Assembly (NCBI GenBank): GCA_051294905.1
Contig: CM119375.1
Coordinates: 26,288,001 to 26,352,000, forward strand
Direction of reading: 5' to 3'
Length of the DNA: 64,000 bases
DNA from: Botryllus schlosseri
Taxonomy: Eukaryota
The notes beneath the pieces are model-generated. The model was not told where the DNA came from and ran no database searches. It saw nothing but the letters and a program-made list of their open reading frames with translations. Position 1 is the stretch's first letter; every line of letters begins with the position of its first letter. Made by a program: the position numbers and the translations under genes. Positions 1 through 13,200 of the stretch are shown piece by piece.

Positions 1-149
1 CAATAATTTTCAAGCTGGTTTCGGAATTGAATTGACATTTCTCATAACTTCCAATTTTCAGGCATCTCACGACTGATTTTCAGTCTTTACCGGATTCTGG
101 CATGATATGAAATTAACTCCGTATCTGAAAATAGTCCGTCGCATCTCAC

Positions 150-1257
150 CGACATCATTGGTTACTGTGAGCTGACAAGTGGACACGCCCTCCAGTTTTC
201 CTCCAATCGGATCTTCGAGCACAACGGTCACCGTTTCAAGCGGGTCTTCCAAAGGCACTGGTGGAAGGTGGATTTCGGCTACGCCTTCATTTTCCCCATC
301 CTCAAGCACGGTCTCACCTGCAAATAATATGGATGATATTAGAATGATAGCTACCCGACCATGGTCGTTAGTTATGAAGTATCGGCCTTTTTCAGGGAGA
401 AATCGTTTTAGAGACAGGAGCTCAACAAACGGACTTTTTGTGTAATCTAAAAATAGTACATTGAGCCGAAGCCATATGTTTGCTCCCGATTATTTGAATT
501 TTCATGACATTGACTTCATATTTGATGGAAGCAGTCATGACAGACAATGTTCTCTTCAATTCTCTAGCAGTTGCTGATATTGAAGTTCTGTACCTCAAAG
601 TGATTTTTCAATGTCTTTTCACTGTAGCGAATATTGTTTTTCATGGCCCCATGAATCGAAAAATAGTTACCCAAAGCATTTCAAAATATAATTCTATACA
701 TCGAAATGCCATACAAGGTTTTTCCAGCTGATACTGATCTCATAAGTTTGAAATCGTTTATAAAAAGGGGGAAAATGTTGGATGAGTGGTCCGCTGGAGG
801 TCAAGACACACTCCTGACGCGGACAACAAAGACCGATTTGCAGTAAATATTTGTTATCATCATTTTGTTTTGTGTGAAAATCAGACTTACTGTTTTTTTA
901 ATACTGTTGTTGATTCACAGTTTACTTTATGCATCGATATTACATTGTTATGTATTCCATGTATAATGTGGCAGAAATTTTGTTTAAGTGATTTATCAAA
1001 AATTTGTGGTTCGCCGAAGGCTTGCAGATTAGCGACAAGGTACCCTAAGTTAGCAGAGGTTAACAACCACTGACGTAATCGATTAGTGCGCGTACCGACT
1101 ATTCCCTTGTACGGAGAGTCTGAAGAGTCCGGAGTCAGCTTCCAAGGTACGATGACTCGCCCGTTTGAATGTTTCAGACGCTTTATCGGGATGTATGTCC
1201 TGGTCTGGCTCTGCAGAGCGTTCTGATAACTTTCTTCAAACGCGATAACCGGCAGTT
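150..1257 (-). CDS. Calx-beta 20 (D-like); gene continues left of the window
   Basis: [15 protein letters not shown]...[17 protein letters not shown]...[18 protein letters not shown]...[25 protein letters not shown]; ends at a phase-1 GTGAGA donor with no stop. Confidence 0.9.
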
Positions 1258-4200
1258 CTAAAACATAAAAAAAAATATTGAAGATGGTAACGATAAAACT
1301 GATAACTAACGCCTTCACCGATAACCCCAATATATTCAGACAGTATTTATAGATAAGACATCTAGCTTAGACGCGTTTCCAAAACTTCAGAGCATTTATT
1401 TGAACAGCTCTACGGCCATTGCTATGGTAGGACATGAAATAAACTAGAAAGGTTGGACCTCAATACAGTTGCAGATCGTACCTAACCCGACGTGCTAATT
1501 ATCCAGGTGCAATTGTGATTAATATTCATACTTGATATAAATATTGATAATGAAAAAACTCTACTCCATTCAGATGCCATTCACTTAGTGTTTTACCTAT
1601 GTCATTGTGCACGACCACGGTACAAGACTTGATGTCGCCCAGTTTGGCGTCGTGAGATTTCGGGGAATTCAGAACAACTTGGAAAGTTTCCTTTTCCACA
1701 TCGGTTGGCACTTTTGACAGCTTGATTTCCAGATGGGATTTCTTCTCTCCGTCATTGAATACCTCAACGCCAGTCAACTCATTGTAGTACGAAGCATCCG
1801 ATTCTGTCTTTGTACTCCAAGGGACACGCACACGACCTGGAAAGCGCATTAAATTCACACACTGGTACCATCAACGATATTTCTTTTTTAAGAATATACC
1901 AGCTTTGTAATGTAACTACTTAATAACCACAGAACCATAAGACACTGGTAAGAGTGCATTATATGGGGATAACTAGCCTACCTTTAATAGCACAGAGCTG
2001 GCATTTTTCTAACATTGAGATATCTATTTAATCAACCAGACAGAAATACCGCACTTTGAAAATTTAGCACTAAAAAGAAGCCAGTAACTACTCATACTTA
2101 AGGTTTGGAATATTTGATCTATGTTGTACAGACAACGTCTGTCATTGTGACAAGCTCCGATATTATATATGCAAATGCCGACAATTGTTTGTAATTTCAA
2201 GTACATCTCAAAATCAGGGTTTTAACCAAGTCACAAGGTTACGAGTCACAAGTCAATTTGACTTTTATAGTTTTGACTCGAGTCAAGTCCAGTCATTTTT
2301 AATTCACCACCGAGTCAAGTCCGAGTCAGGAAGTAACGGGTCGAGTCGGAGACATAGTACTAAGACTCTAGTCCGAGTCCAAGTCAAAGCGTTGACTGTT
2401 CAGTATCAAACACAAGTCAGGTTCAACACACATCTGTGAAACTCTTCAGTGATATCAAACGCCTCCGACTCATAATATACTATTTTTCTCACTGTAACAT
2501 GTTTATTATTTTTCAATTAACGGTCTTGATATACAAGACTTGAATAAGTCATATAGAATGTGTTAAATCACATAACTCAGTCGAGTCATGCACAATGACT
2601 AAATAAAAGTGGAGTCAATACACAAATTGACTCCAGTTGAGGTGAGTCATTTTCTATTATCCAGTAGGCTAAATGACTCGAGTCAACTCGAGCCAACCAA
2701 AATTTAAGACTCGGGTCTGGTCATGATATCCCTGCTTGTCCTTCACTGACCTTCGGTACGTTTCGATCTTGTGATTGGCAACGTTAGCACTTTATCGGAT
2801 TGTTTCACTTCGCAAACCTCATCTTGGAAACTGATGTGCCCGTACGGTACGTCGTTTTCAATGCTCACAGAGCATTCGCAATCTCCAGTCAGGAACGCTC
2901 CGCCAAGCGGCTGTCCTAACACCACTCTGCAAGACAGAATCATGGAATAAGGTAGCGTGCAAAGACAAAACACTCCCCAACACCAATTTTCCTTAATGCA
3001 GTGGTTGTTAGACGGTGTTCATAGACTCATTCATAAAATTTCCAAATTGATGCAAAGTAGAGTGGTTCAAATATTCTTCTTTTCAGATTTTATTAGCTAT
3101 TCGATAAAATTGTTAAGCGGCCTGAAAAATGATAGTATTGACGGAGGGCATTTTGATAATTAACAATTTAGAGACGTAATAATGACAACTCTCTCTTTAA
3201 CGCATCAACCTAAAGTGGGCATAAGTTATAGAACATGAACAGCCAATCTAAACTATCACTGATCTAATACCTATTATTTACATATTCCACATTTGCAGAG
3301 GCAATATCGCTATTTAACTATACGACTATTTCGTATAAATCGACCAACCTGATTTTTTCTGCCTCATTCTCTTGCGGTGATGTCGGAACATCGATTTCGA
3401 TGTGAGACTCGGATTCTCCATCGTTGAATTTCTCTTGACCTTTCATACCCTAAGGTTAGAAGCAGAATATTCGCATAGTGCAAAGTTAATCATCAGCTCG
3501 AGCCTGCATAATCGATCAGTGCTGTGCCCTATCCAACTTTTATTACATGAGTTGTTGATAGTAAATAGCTACCGTATGGGAAATCGTACAGGTGATTGAT
3601 TGCAGAACTGAGTTTGGTTGTGTTAGCTTCTTTGCACAACCTAGCTGTCAGAGCACTGTTTTATTACATAGGCATTGCGATGGATGTAGGAGAATTCGAA
3701 TTGCTCCAACTAACTTAAATAAACACGGGTTTTCATGGAACCAACACTTTTAGTAGGCTTTACAGTTCAGTGAACATTCTCTATTCAGATTAAAAGGTCA
3801 TGTTTCATCTCTGACAGTGGAATTTCGTACGTCATATACTGCTGAATGCCTTTTACATAAATCTTAACAAGTTTGTCCCAATGTTATGTCCTTACTTTTC
3901 TGTTGTACCCTTTGCACATGCCGCGATAAAGAACAAATTAAAATGTTTGAAGAAACTCTTGAAGGTATATAACTTCAATAAACAATTGAATAATATATTG
4001 ATATTGGAATATAACCGAATATTTCAAGCTGATGCTTGTCAGGGGTAATCGTCAGCAACTAGTAGAGAATTGAAAAGAACATTCCATATCATTGTCATAT
4101 TTGGTGTTGGTGGTACAATTGTTGATATACGAAGTTCTTTTCAATTCTCTACTAGTTACAGACGACTGCCCCTGACAACTGTTAGACGAAAATATTCGGG

Positions 4201-7200
4201 TTTAGTTCAATATCAATACATTATTCAACTGTATATTGAATTTAAATGTGGTTTACTACTATTATTTGGAAAAAGTGGGCTTTTGATGAAAACCTAAATA
4301 CTCTATTCTGGTACCTTCCTGTGTTTTCATAGCGCGATCAACAGTCAAACAAACAAAGCACCAGTTCACCTGATACGGACTGCCATAAGTAGCGTCTTGA
4401 ATGCTCCAAGGCACCACAACCCTTCCCGTAGTACCAGTCTTCCTGATAAGTTTCAGCTGCATTTTTTTCTGACTCTGGCGGAAGTGAATTTCCGGCTCCT
4501 CAAAGCAGATTTCACCATTTTCTGAGATTGATAGTTACATTCAGGTATTTTAACGTTGAAACATAGATGGTGGTTGATTTCCTACTAGGAGTGCGTCTCT
4601 TATATTGTAGAAGGCTAGGACCCAAAGTTGAACTCATTGTGCTTTGAAAATATTCCACAGAAGACCTTGTCGTGACCATCTAATACACTGAATCAATGAT
4701 GTTTTGTAGCAGTATGGACAAGTATTTTGATAAAGCTAGTACATCCAAACAAAGAGGGACAACACAACAAAAGTCTAAGCAAAATATTCAATGATCGGTG
4801 CCAAAGTAATAGAAATTTCATTGTGCATCTTTATGGTCATGTTAACGTGGCTTTTCAGTTTTGACTGGAATTAAACGCTGTAAAGGAGAGGAACTGCTTG
4901 GAATTTACTACTAAATGCGGCTCCGGTTATCCTCAATGCAATCTTGTTTAAGTCATACAAACAACTTTGGTCATAAGTGTGCCGCGATCGTTTTATGATT
5001 TTTTAATGTGCTACGAGCTGAAAAAGTTTGGGAGCCGCTGGTTTACATGGTATACGCCAGTTGTGCTAATAATATGATATATTTGGCAGATTTGAGTCTG
5101 AAATTATGTATACGCTGACTTAATCCTGGTTCTGATCGACATTAAATGAGTCTGACCTCTGACATGATTGGTGATAACTTCCGTCTTTGTCTTTTCTCCC
5201 AATTTAGCCCCGCCTTTTGTGTCGCCCAAACAGACGTTAAACGACGTGCTTCCACCCGAAGAATCGTTCTGTATTGGGATTGTGATCTTTTTGCTGAGAT
5301 AGAAAGATTGCTTTCAACAAGACTTACAATAACTACGATCAAATCTAGGAGCAAGCCAAGTCACAAATTAAGAACTTGAAGATCGTTACAGATATTAGAA
5401 TAGTATATTCGATTGTATGATGTAGTTCTGCACCTCAAAGAAACTCTTTTATCACAGATATTTCGATACTAAAAATGAATGACAAACTATTCAATTAGGC
5501 TACACAGTTGGAAATAGAAGTAATTCTGGAAAACCATAATCGAGTTCAAACTAGAAAAGAAAGTTCCATTACATCACACAACTGCTATATGTAGGTTAGG
5601 GTTGTTCAAAAGTAACCGTAGAAGCGAAGCTATTGGAGTTAATTAGAGCAAATCTAATAAATTCAATTCAATTTAAATTAAGTAAATAAAATAAAAATAT
5701 TGCTTTTAAATTTTACAGTTAACCTCATGTTTTCAATTTGTTTAAGCAACAAGCATAATGTTGGTAGAAACAAAAATGTCAACTTGTGAAGAAGTGATTA
5801 AGTATATAGCATCCAAAGAAAGCATATTTGCTAGCCTCATGAATTTTGCAATCAGTGTGAGTTATAAAGTTACAGAGATATTATAGGACAATATCTTCAT
5901 TTGTGAGCTTTGCAGGATGATTTGTAAATATCCATTTGATAATATAAACAATGTGCATAAACTTTTCAAATGCAATCACACCTCTTCTCTCCCGGTTCAA
6001 AGCTGAGATTTCCTCTTCCGCCTCGGTAATGCTTCCCTCGAACAGCTGTCAAGTCTTCCGCCTCCCAAGAGACGTAGCATTTGTTGTCTGTGGCCCCGGT
6101 GCGGACAACTGGCACCGCAACTTCCTTATCCGTTCCAGCGACTTCAACTTTCTCCGTTGCCATCTCAAGAGTTCCACCCTCTGAAAAGTATGTTGGTAAA
6201 TAAGACACGTTCGGTGACTGATTTGTAACGAGTGGAACATACATTTGAAGGCTCAAATTACTACGTGGCCGAAGAATTGAACAACTACAATATTTCCAGC
6301 TTTTCCAAATTACATTGGAATTAGAATTATCACTACACATTTTTATGCATCAGATTAAAATTAGAATTATAGAATTCGCGAAAACTTGAAAATTAAATTA
6401 AATTTCAAAATAGAAAGAAATACATCTAAAATCAAGTTCAGTTCATACCAAATCAGACTACATTCCCATAAGCACGATAAGGGAAAATATGTGCACACCA
6501 AGTTTGTATCGTGCTCTCCTACAGCATTTTCAGGAAATCATACTACATTTAAAATGAGAGCATCGACAAATTTCACTAATTAGATTAGAATTACATTACC
6601 GGTATTTCACCCTATTTAGTTGGAACTAGTCAACTAGATATATCTAGTTGTCCAAGTCTGTTAATGGGTAACTGGAAAAGTGACTTTTCGTGACATCAAT
6701 CAGGCACTGCAGATTATAGTTTTTGCGGATATGAGGTTCAATATGGTTCAAAGGAAATCAATTGAGAATGGCAAATAATTCAAACAGGGATACCAAACAA
6801 GACTGGTGATGAGACTAAAAATAAAATTATAGAATTAATATTATTATAATCAATATATAATATAAGCAAAAATGCGTACTTTATGGAATTATCCAAAAAG
6901 TAAACTTGCTTACCAATATCATTATTCACCGTCACCGTGGAAGTGGTCTCATCTCCCAGCGCCGCACCAGACCCAGTTGGCGTCATCAGTACCACGTCGA
7001 ATTTTGTGGTATCGGTGTCTTGCGGTGCAGACTCCAACGGGATCTCAAGCGTTTTCTGACCTTCGCCATCCTCGAATACCAACTAAATAACGATGCAGCG
7101 TCAGCACAGAGTCAGAAAACTAGAATTTTCCCAACTTTTCAGAATTAGATTAGAGTTTGAATAATAGCTACACTCTACACAGCTTGTTCCAATTTGGATT

Positions 7201-10200
7201 AGAATTACAATTACAGAATTCGCAAAAACTTGGAAATTGAAGTAAATTCCTATTTAAAAAGAAATACAACAAAAATTAAGTTCAGTTCGTATGAAATCAG
7301 AGTACAATTTCATAAACACAAGAATAGCAAATGCATGAGCAGCAAGCTTGGCTCGTTTCACGCTATATAGTTCTCCTGTAGCATTTTCATAAAAAACAGG
7401 AATTAGAATTAGATTAGAACTATATGAAGCGCATTTTGCTTTAATTGGTGTAATTAAACAACTAGAATTACTTAGTTGTAAGAGTCTGATGATTCGAGTA
7501 CTCAAATGTCAACAGAGTTACAATTCGATTCTGGCCATCCCTGATCATTAGATGTGTTGATATCTTACTTTTCCTTCAATCGAATCATAATTGCTTGGTT
7601 TCCGTGCCGCTTTCGATTCTTGTATCTGCTCCACAAACCAAGGCAATTCAACCTGGCCTTTACGTCCGCGCGTTCTCATAACAGTCACGAGAGCGTTGCC
7701 GGCGCTTTGATTTACTTCCATCTCCGGTGTTGCCATGATGAAGATTCCTGGGCCTTTTACAAGAATTTAAGGAGTAAGAATATATGATCAGAGATGGTCA
7801 AAGTAGTCAACATTTCTACCCAAGATGAAATTGAGGTAACGGTTTAAATTTCTACTCAATTACAAACAGAAATATTAATTTCTAAAATATTGCAAATGGT
7901 CTGAAAAGTACTCAAGTCAGCAGTCTGGAAAAGCAGATTTGCTCCCCCATTTCTAACTCAACCATAGACAGTAGGGTTGCCATATCTTTCGAAATCCGTA
8001 GAGGACACATTTTACAGGCTGAAAAATTACTACAGCGATCGAGAAAACGGGTGATTTTGAAATTTATACAGTTAATGTCATTGGGTTGACTAAAAAAAAG
8101 GTAATTTTTCAAACTCGACTCCTGAAATACCCGTCTTTTGTCAATTCGGCCCACATTTCGAGTAATTCGTGGTATTTCAAGCTAAAACCGAGTAATAATT
8201 GCCAAAAAGGAGGACATTTGGGCGAAGGGATGACATTTCTCGACTAATTCAAAATGACTAAAGACTCTACAAATACGTAAAATCTTAAAAAATACATTAG
8301 CTGCTTCTGTGATGGCTATTTTATGTGGTATTTATGACGATCCCAGGCATTAAAGAAAGAAAGAAAGAAAGAGCAAGAAATAGGGAAGAAGAAAGATTAA
8401 CATAGAAGAAAACTGTGACATCGGGCGTAGGCCGAGGTGGATGCCAGTCTAAGAGACGACAAATGGTCGTTCGGCATCCTCTTATCTCCTCATTACATCA
8501 AATTGTGTGTCTTGTATATCGCATTGTACATTGTCTTGGGCAGATGAAAATGAATCTGTCGAATATTGAATCTAAACATTTCCCAAAACTACCGTGTACT
8601 TATCAAAATCGAAAACACAAAAGACAAGTAACATTGTTATAAAATATACTAGGAGTGGAAGTAGACTAAACTACTAGAGAAAAAGATCTAACCGGCTAAG
8701 TTATCAATGGCGACAGTCGCTTGCGCGTTGGCACTCAGCTTTCCAGGTCCCTGTATCGAATGCAGTTCCACTTGGAATGAAACTCGATCGCCTGTGGGAT
8801 CGTTCAGAATGGGGATGAGGATATTTTTGGCGTCCTCGCCTGCGTTGAAATCAACACTGCCCCGCTCTCCGATGTAGTGCTGAAGGTCTATGGCTGTGTC
8901 GTCTGAGAGTGGAAGTTCAAATATATGCCTTTTATGCAACCATAAAGAAAATAATGCTGGTTCCGTATTTTTTCGATTGCAACTGTTTTAATTTTGAATA
9001 TTTGACTGGATTTGAAAAAAATAGTATTTACAGTGAGAAAATGAATGTTTTTTACTCAAATAATTCAGCTTCTATGCGTTGCAATTGAGCCAACTTTGTT
9101 ATGCGTCATATTTTTAGACAACCTAACAATTTCATGAGGTAGCCAGTAGTCTTTGAAATTTTTCCTTTTTTCGAAATAAATCCAAAATTCTCTCTTATAG
9201 CTACGATTCTACAGGAAGAAATTGAGCTAAATTTGTTGTAGGCCTACAGCATGTTTTTAGTCAACCCAACAATTTCATCAAGTAGCCAGTAAAATCTGAA
9301 AAATAAGCTATTTTTGAACAACATTACTATTCACTCATACATTGAACACTCCAACAGCAGGTTTTAACTAAAGCAGTAAAAGATAGGGTTGTTTCAAATT
9401 TTCTGGCTATTTGATAAAATTCTTAGGTGGGCTAAACAAAAACGCTGTACACCAAATTTGGATCGATTTCAACGAGTTTAAGCTATTAGAGTTGGATATT
9501 GGTTGAATTTACCTTCAAAAATTCCTGTATATCCCATGAAATCGTCAAGTTATTTACTAAAACGATGCATTGAAAATTCAGCACAATTCCTACCAGTAGA
9601 AACAAAGTTAATGGAGTTTAAAATCTTGGATGAGAAAAGTAGTATTTACGGTAGGTAATTATAGAATTATTATTGACAAACTCAAAAAAAATCACTTCCA
9701 CAGGTAGTAATTTAGTCAAACTTGTTTTGCATTGGTTTTTTAGAAAAATTTGAAAAATTTTGATTTCGATATTTTCATAATAAATTTAAAATATTCGAAC
9801 TTAAATAGGTTCACCTCTAGTCGTTGGAATTGAATCAAATTTGGTGTTCTTGTTCTTTTAATCATCCTCACAATTTTATTAAATGGCCACAAAAATTTGA
9901 AAAAAGATATTTTTTAACAACCCTAACCAGCATACATACCATACAACACAAGACTCACCAATCATTTGGTAACACACAGTTACAGATCGTCCCTTAGGGC
10001 CTTCGCGTACAATGGGGAGAAGTAAATTGTCGACATCCCCTCGTGTTTCAAATAGCGGTTGAGGGAATCCAATAGTGCACTCCACGTCATTCACCAGCAA
10101 AATTTCGGCCTGATTCGGCTCGCCAAGCTTACCGCGCCCTCCAGGTGGTGATAATGATAAGGTGTAGCTGAAAGATTTGAAAAGAACCATATGTACGTCT

Positions 10201-13200
10201 ATTCGCCTCAACAATTCAAATTTTTCATGCCAGTAACGTTATATTGGTGATACGACTGTTGATAGAGAAAGTTATTTTGAATTATCTACTAGTTGCTGAC
10301 GAAAAACCCCTGACCAGTGACAAACAAAAATATCATTTCCAAATTAATATATCATTCAATGGTTTGCAGACCTGCATGATGCACATTGCACAGATAGCCG
10401 AAAAGCTAAAAATACTTGATCTTATTTCAATATGAATATATTATACAATGATTTTCAGAACCGCATGCAGACTGCTATGTCGATCTCAAAGAACTTTTGT
10501 TTACCACTTTTTAAGAGTTACTGGGGCGGAATCAGGAATTCATGCTAACAAAATAAAATATAGAGTGTACTTCTGCAATGTCATCTATTTATAAACTATT
10601 TCGCAAGCACTTTTTAAACTTTGACATTGTCAGGCTATATGTAATTTGCATCAGTGCTCAAATATAAAACGATACCTTTCTTGATCGTTTTCGGAATCCT
10701 TTGGTAACGGCACTTCTATTTTGGCAGTTGTTTGTCCAGGGTTGAAATCAACGACACCGCGCTTGTTGTCCAGCATCGTAGGTACGATGGAATTCGACTT
10801 GATCTGGATGTAAACGGAACCAACCACAACATAAACATTCCATCATAGTAAAGTTGTGGGCCTAGTTTGGATTGCTTCTAAAGCCTGGGTTCTTAACCTA
10901 GCATTCGCGGACTAGTTTCAAGCAAGGCATAGTATCGTATGGTATGGCATGAAATAAAATTTCGGTATGGAATATGGTAATGCGAAAGCATGGTATGGTA
11001 TGGAAATTTCCAAGTATGGTATGGAAATTATTAATTAATTTCATCCAAAACAACTAGAATGCAAAGGCAGGAGAATTTCCTTACTGCAAAATTAGTATAG
11101 TATCTCATATATTGGGTAAATGAGAAAGCATGTAAAAGGTATCAAAAATGGTATGGAAGAATATTGCTATGGTACAGAAATTTGTGAGTGTGGTATGGAC
11201 GCACGCAGTGAGGCAGGTATGGATTATGGAAATTCCCGTTCCATACTATGCCCCGGTTTCAAGGCTCCAAGAAAAGCCATTGTTAAAGCTATATAACTAC
11301 ATTGTTCTTATTTATAAAATCTGGCCTTATTTTACAGTTTTGACTCATGACCATATTATCTCTCATATTCAATGCTACAGATGTAATATGCATTATAAAA
11401 ATTCAAGAACCCCTGTTCTTTGAAAAAAAATCATGAATGATCTTAGTCTTTGATTATGAGAAGCCAGGTTACTACTTGGCAAATCTTACTTTCCATGAGA
11501 GGGAAGCTTCACCTTCAGCGCCATTGGTTCTCATAACGGTAACGCAGCCACGCCCCTCACTTTGACAGAATGAGTAACTTTCTGATGACAAACTGAATGT
11601 ACCCACACCTGAAATAGATGATGCATGGAGATCAGATTATATGAACATATGATCTATATCAGTGTCCAGTTGCAAACTTTTTATCTATGTTGTAACTATG
11701 AAGATGTAACAAATGATTTGCATACCGGACACAAAATCAAGTATTTTACAACGCAAATTTTCATGACTGGCTGTCTAGTAATGAAAATGAAATTGCAAGT
11801 TTTCATTATGATTACATTTAGAAATATATAATCAATCTCAGAAAATCTATCAAATTGGCATGTAAAATGCAAAATTACAGATTCTGAACCATTATTCATT
11901 TATACCAAAATCTTTGTGTTTAGCATAGCTTCATTGGTACACCTTAGGTACATGTCAATTTATGCAGGAAAAATCGGTAAATTAAATTCATTTTGTGAGA
12001 ACAATGATATGCTAGCCAAAGCTAGAGCAAAACCGCCTCGGAGCATGCTGATGTTGAGTGCTCAGCGTAGCAAACCATGGATACTTACTTATGTCGTTGT
12101 TGACTGTCACAAAGCAATGCCTGGCATCACCGAGGCTGGCTCTTCCTGTTTTCGGATTTTCAAGCTCTACGATAAATTCATCTTGTTCCGCGGATTGCAA
12201 ACCTTTAGGTACCTGAAGTTGGACGCCTGAAAAGCAATAATTATATAATATATATGCATAAGAAATGGAGTCCAAATGTTAAAATTTATGTTATTATGAT
12301 CAGAGGGAATTTACCATTTTAGAATAGGCCTACCTACCTTCAAGTTCATGTTCGAAAGACCGCAATAACGATTCGTGGCCAACTAAACAATACATAATGT
12401 GATTTTTGGTGGCAAGTTTCAGACATTAGCCTGCATGAGTTTAGACGTCTGCCTACGAATAGGGGTGGAATTGTGTCTAAAAGCATTCATCGCACATACA
12501 TAAATGACGGAAAACATACCTTGCTCCGCTTCACCGTCTTTGAATGTGATAGTATCATTCATTCCTTCATATCGTGACCTTGGTTTACCCGGCGCACTGG
12601 CTATTCGCCACGGCAACACAACTTTTCCTGTCTGCCCTTGCGTTCTTATGACCGGAATCGTCAAGGTTCCTTCGGACTGTTCACATTCCACGTATGGTTC
12701 TTGGAATTCAATTACACTTGGCACTGAAAGGAAGTTCAACCTAGTCAGAACGGGCGGTGATACTCTGACACGCCTGGCCTAGGCCAACATACAATGATGA
12801 TATCAAGTTCGATAAGTGAAATGAAGATTTTATTTGGCCCCAACCTATGGATATGAGACTGATTCTGTGTAAAATGACGTAAGGGAATTGCTAAGCGCCA
12901 TTGACCAATCATGCACCACCAATTGCTTATTTCACAATGGTAGATTGTGAAAATTCAACAATCTCACATCGGCCAAAAATGGCAAAGTTCAACTATCTTG
13001 TTCATGATGTCAACACATATCATGAAATGCAGAGAAATAATGCAAAAAATAAGAATGAGCATAGTTTTATTACTTTGATACAAAAGTAGATAGTTATAAG
13101 ATGATTTTTAAATTTACAAGAGAAATGGAGATTTTCAAATTTTTTTGAAATATCAGGTGGCTCTTTTTTAACACAAATGCCAAAACCACTAAATTTCGTG

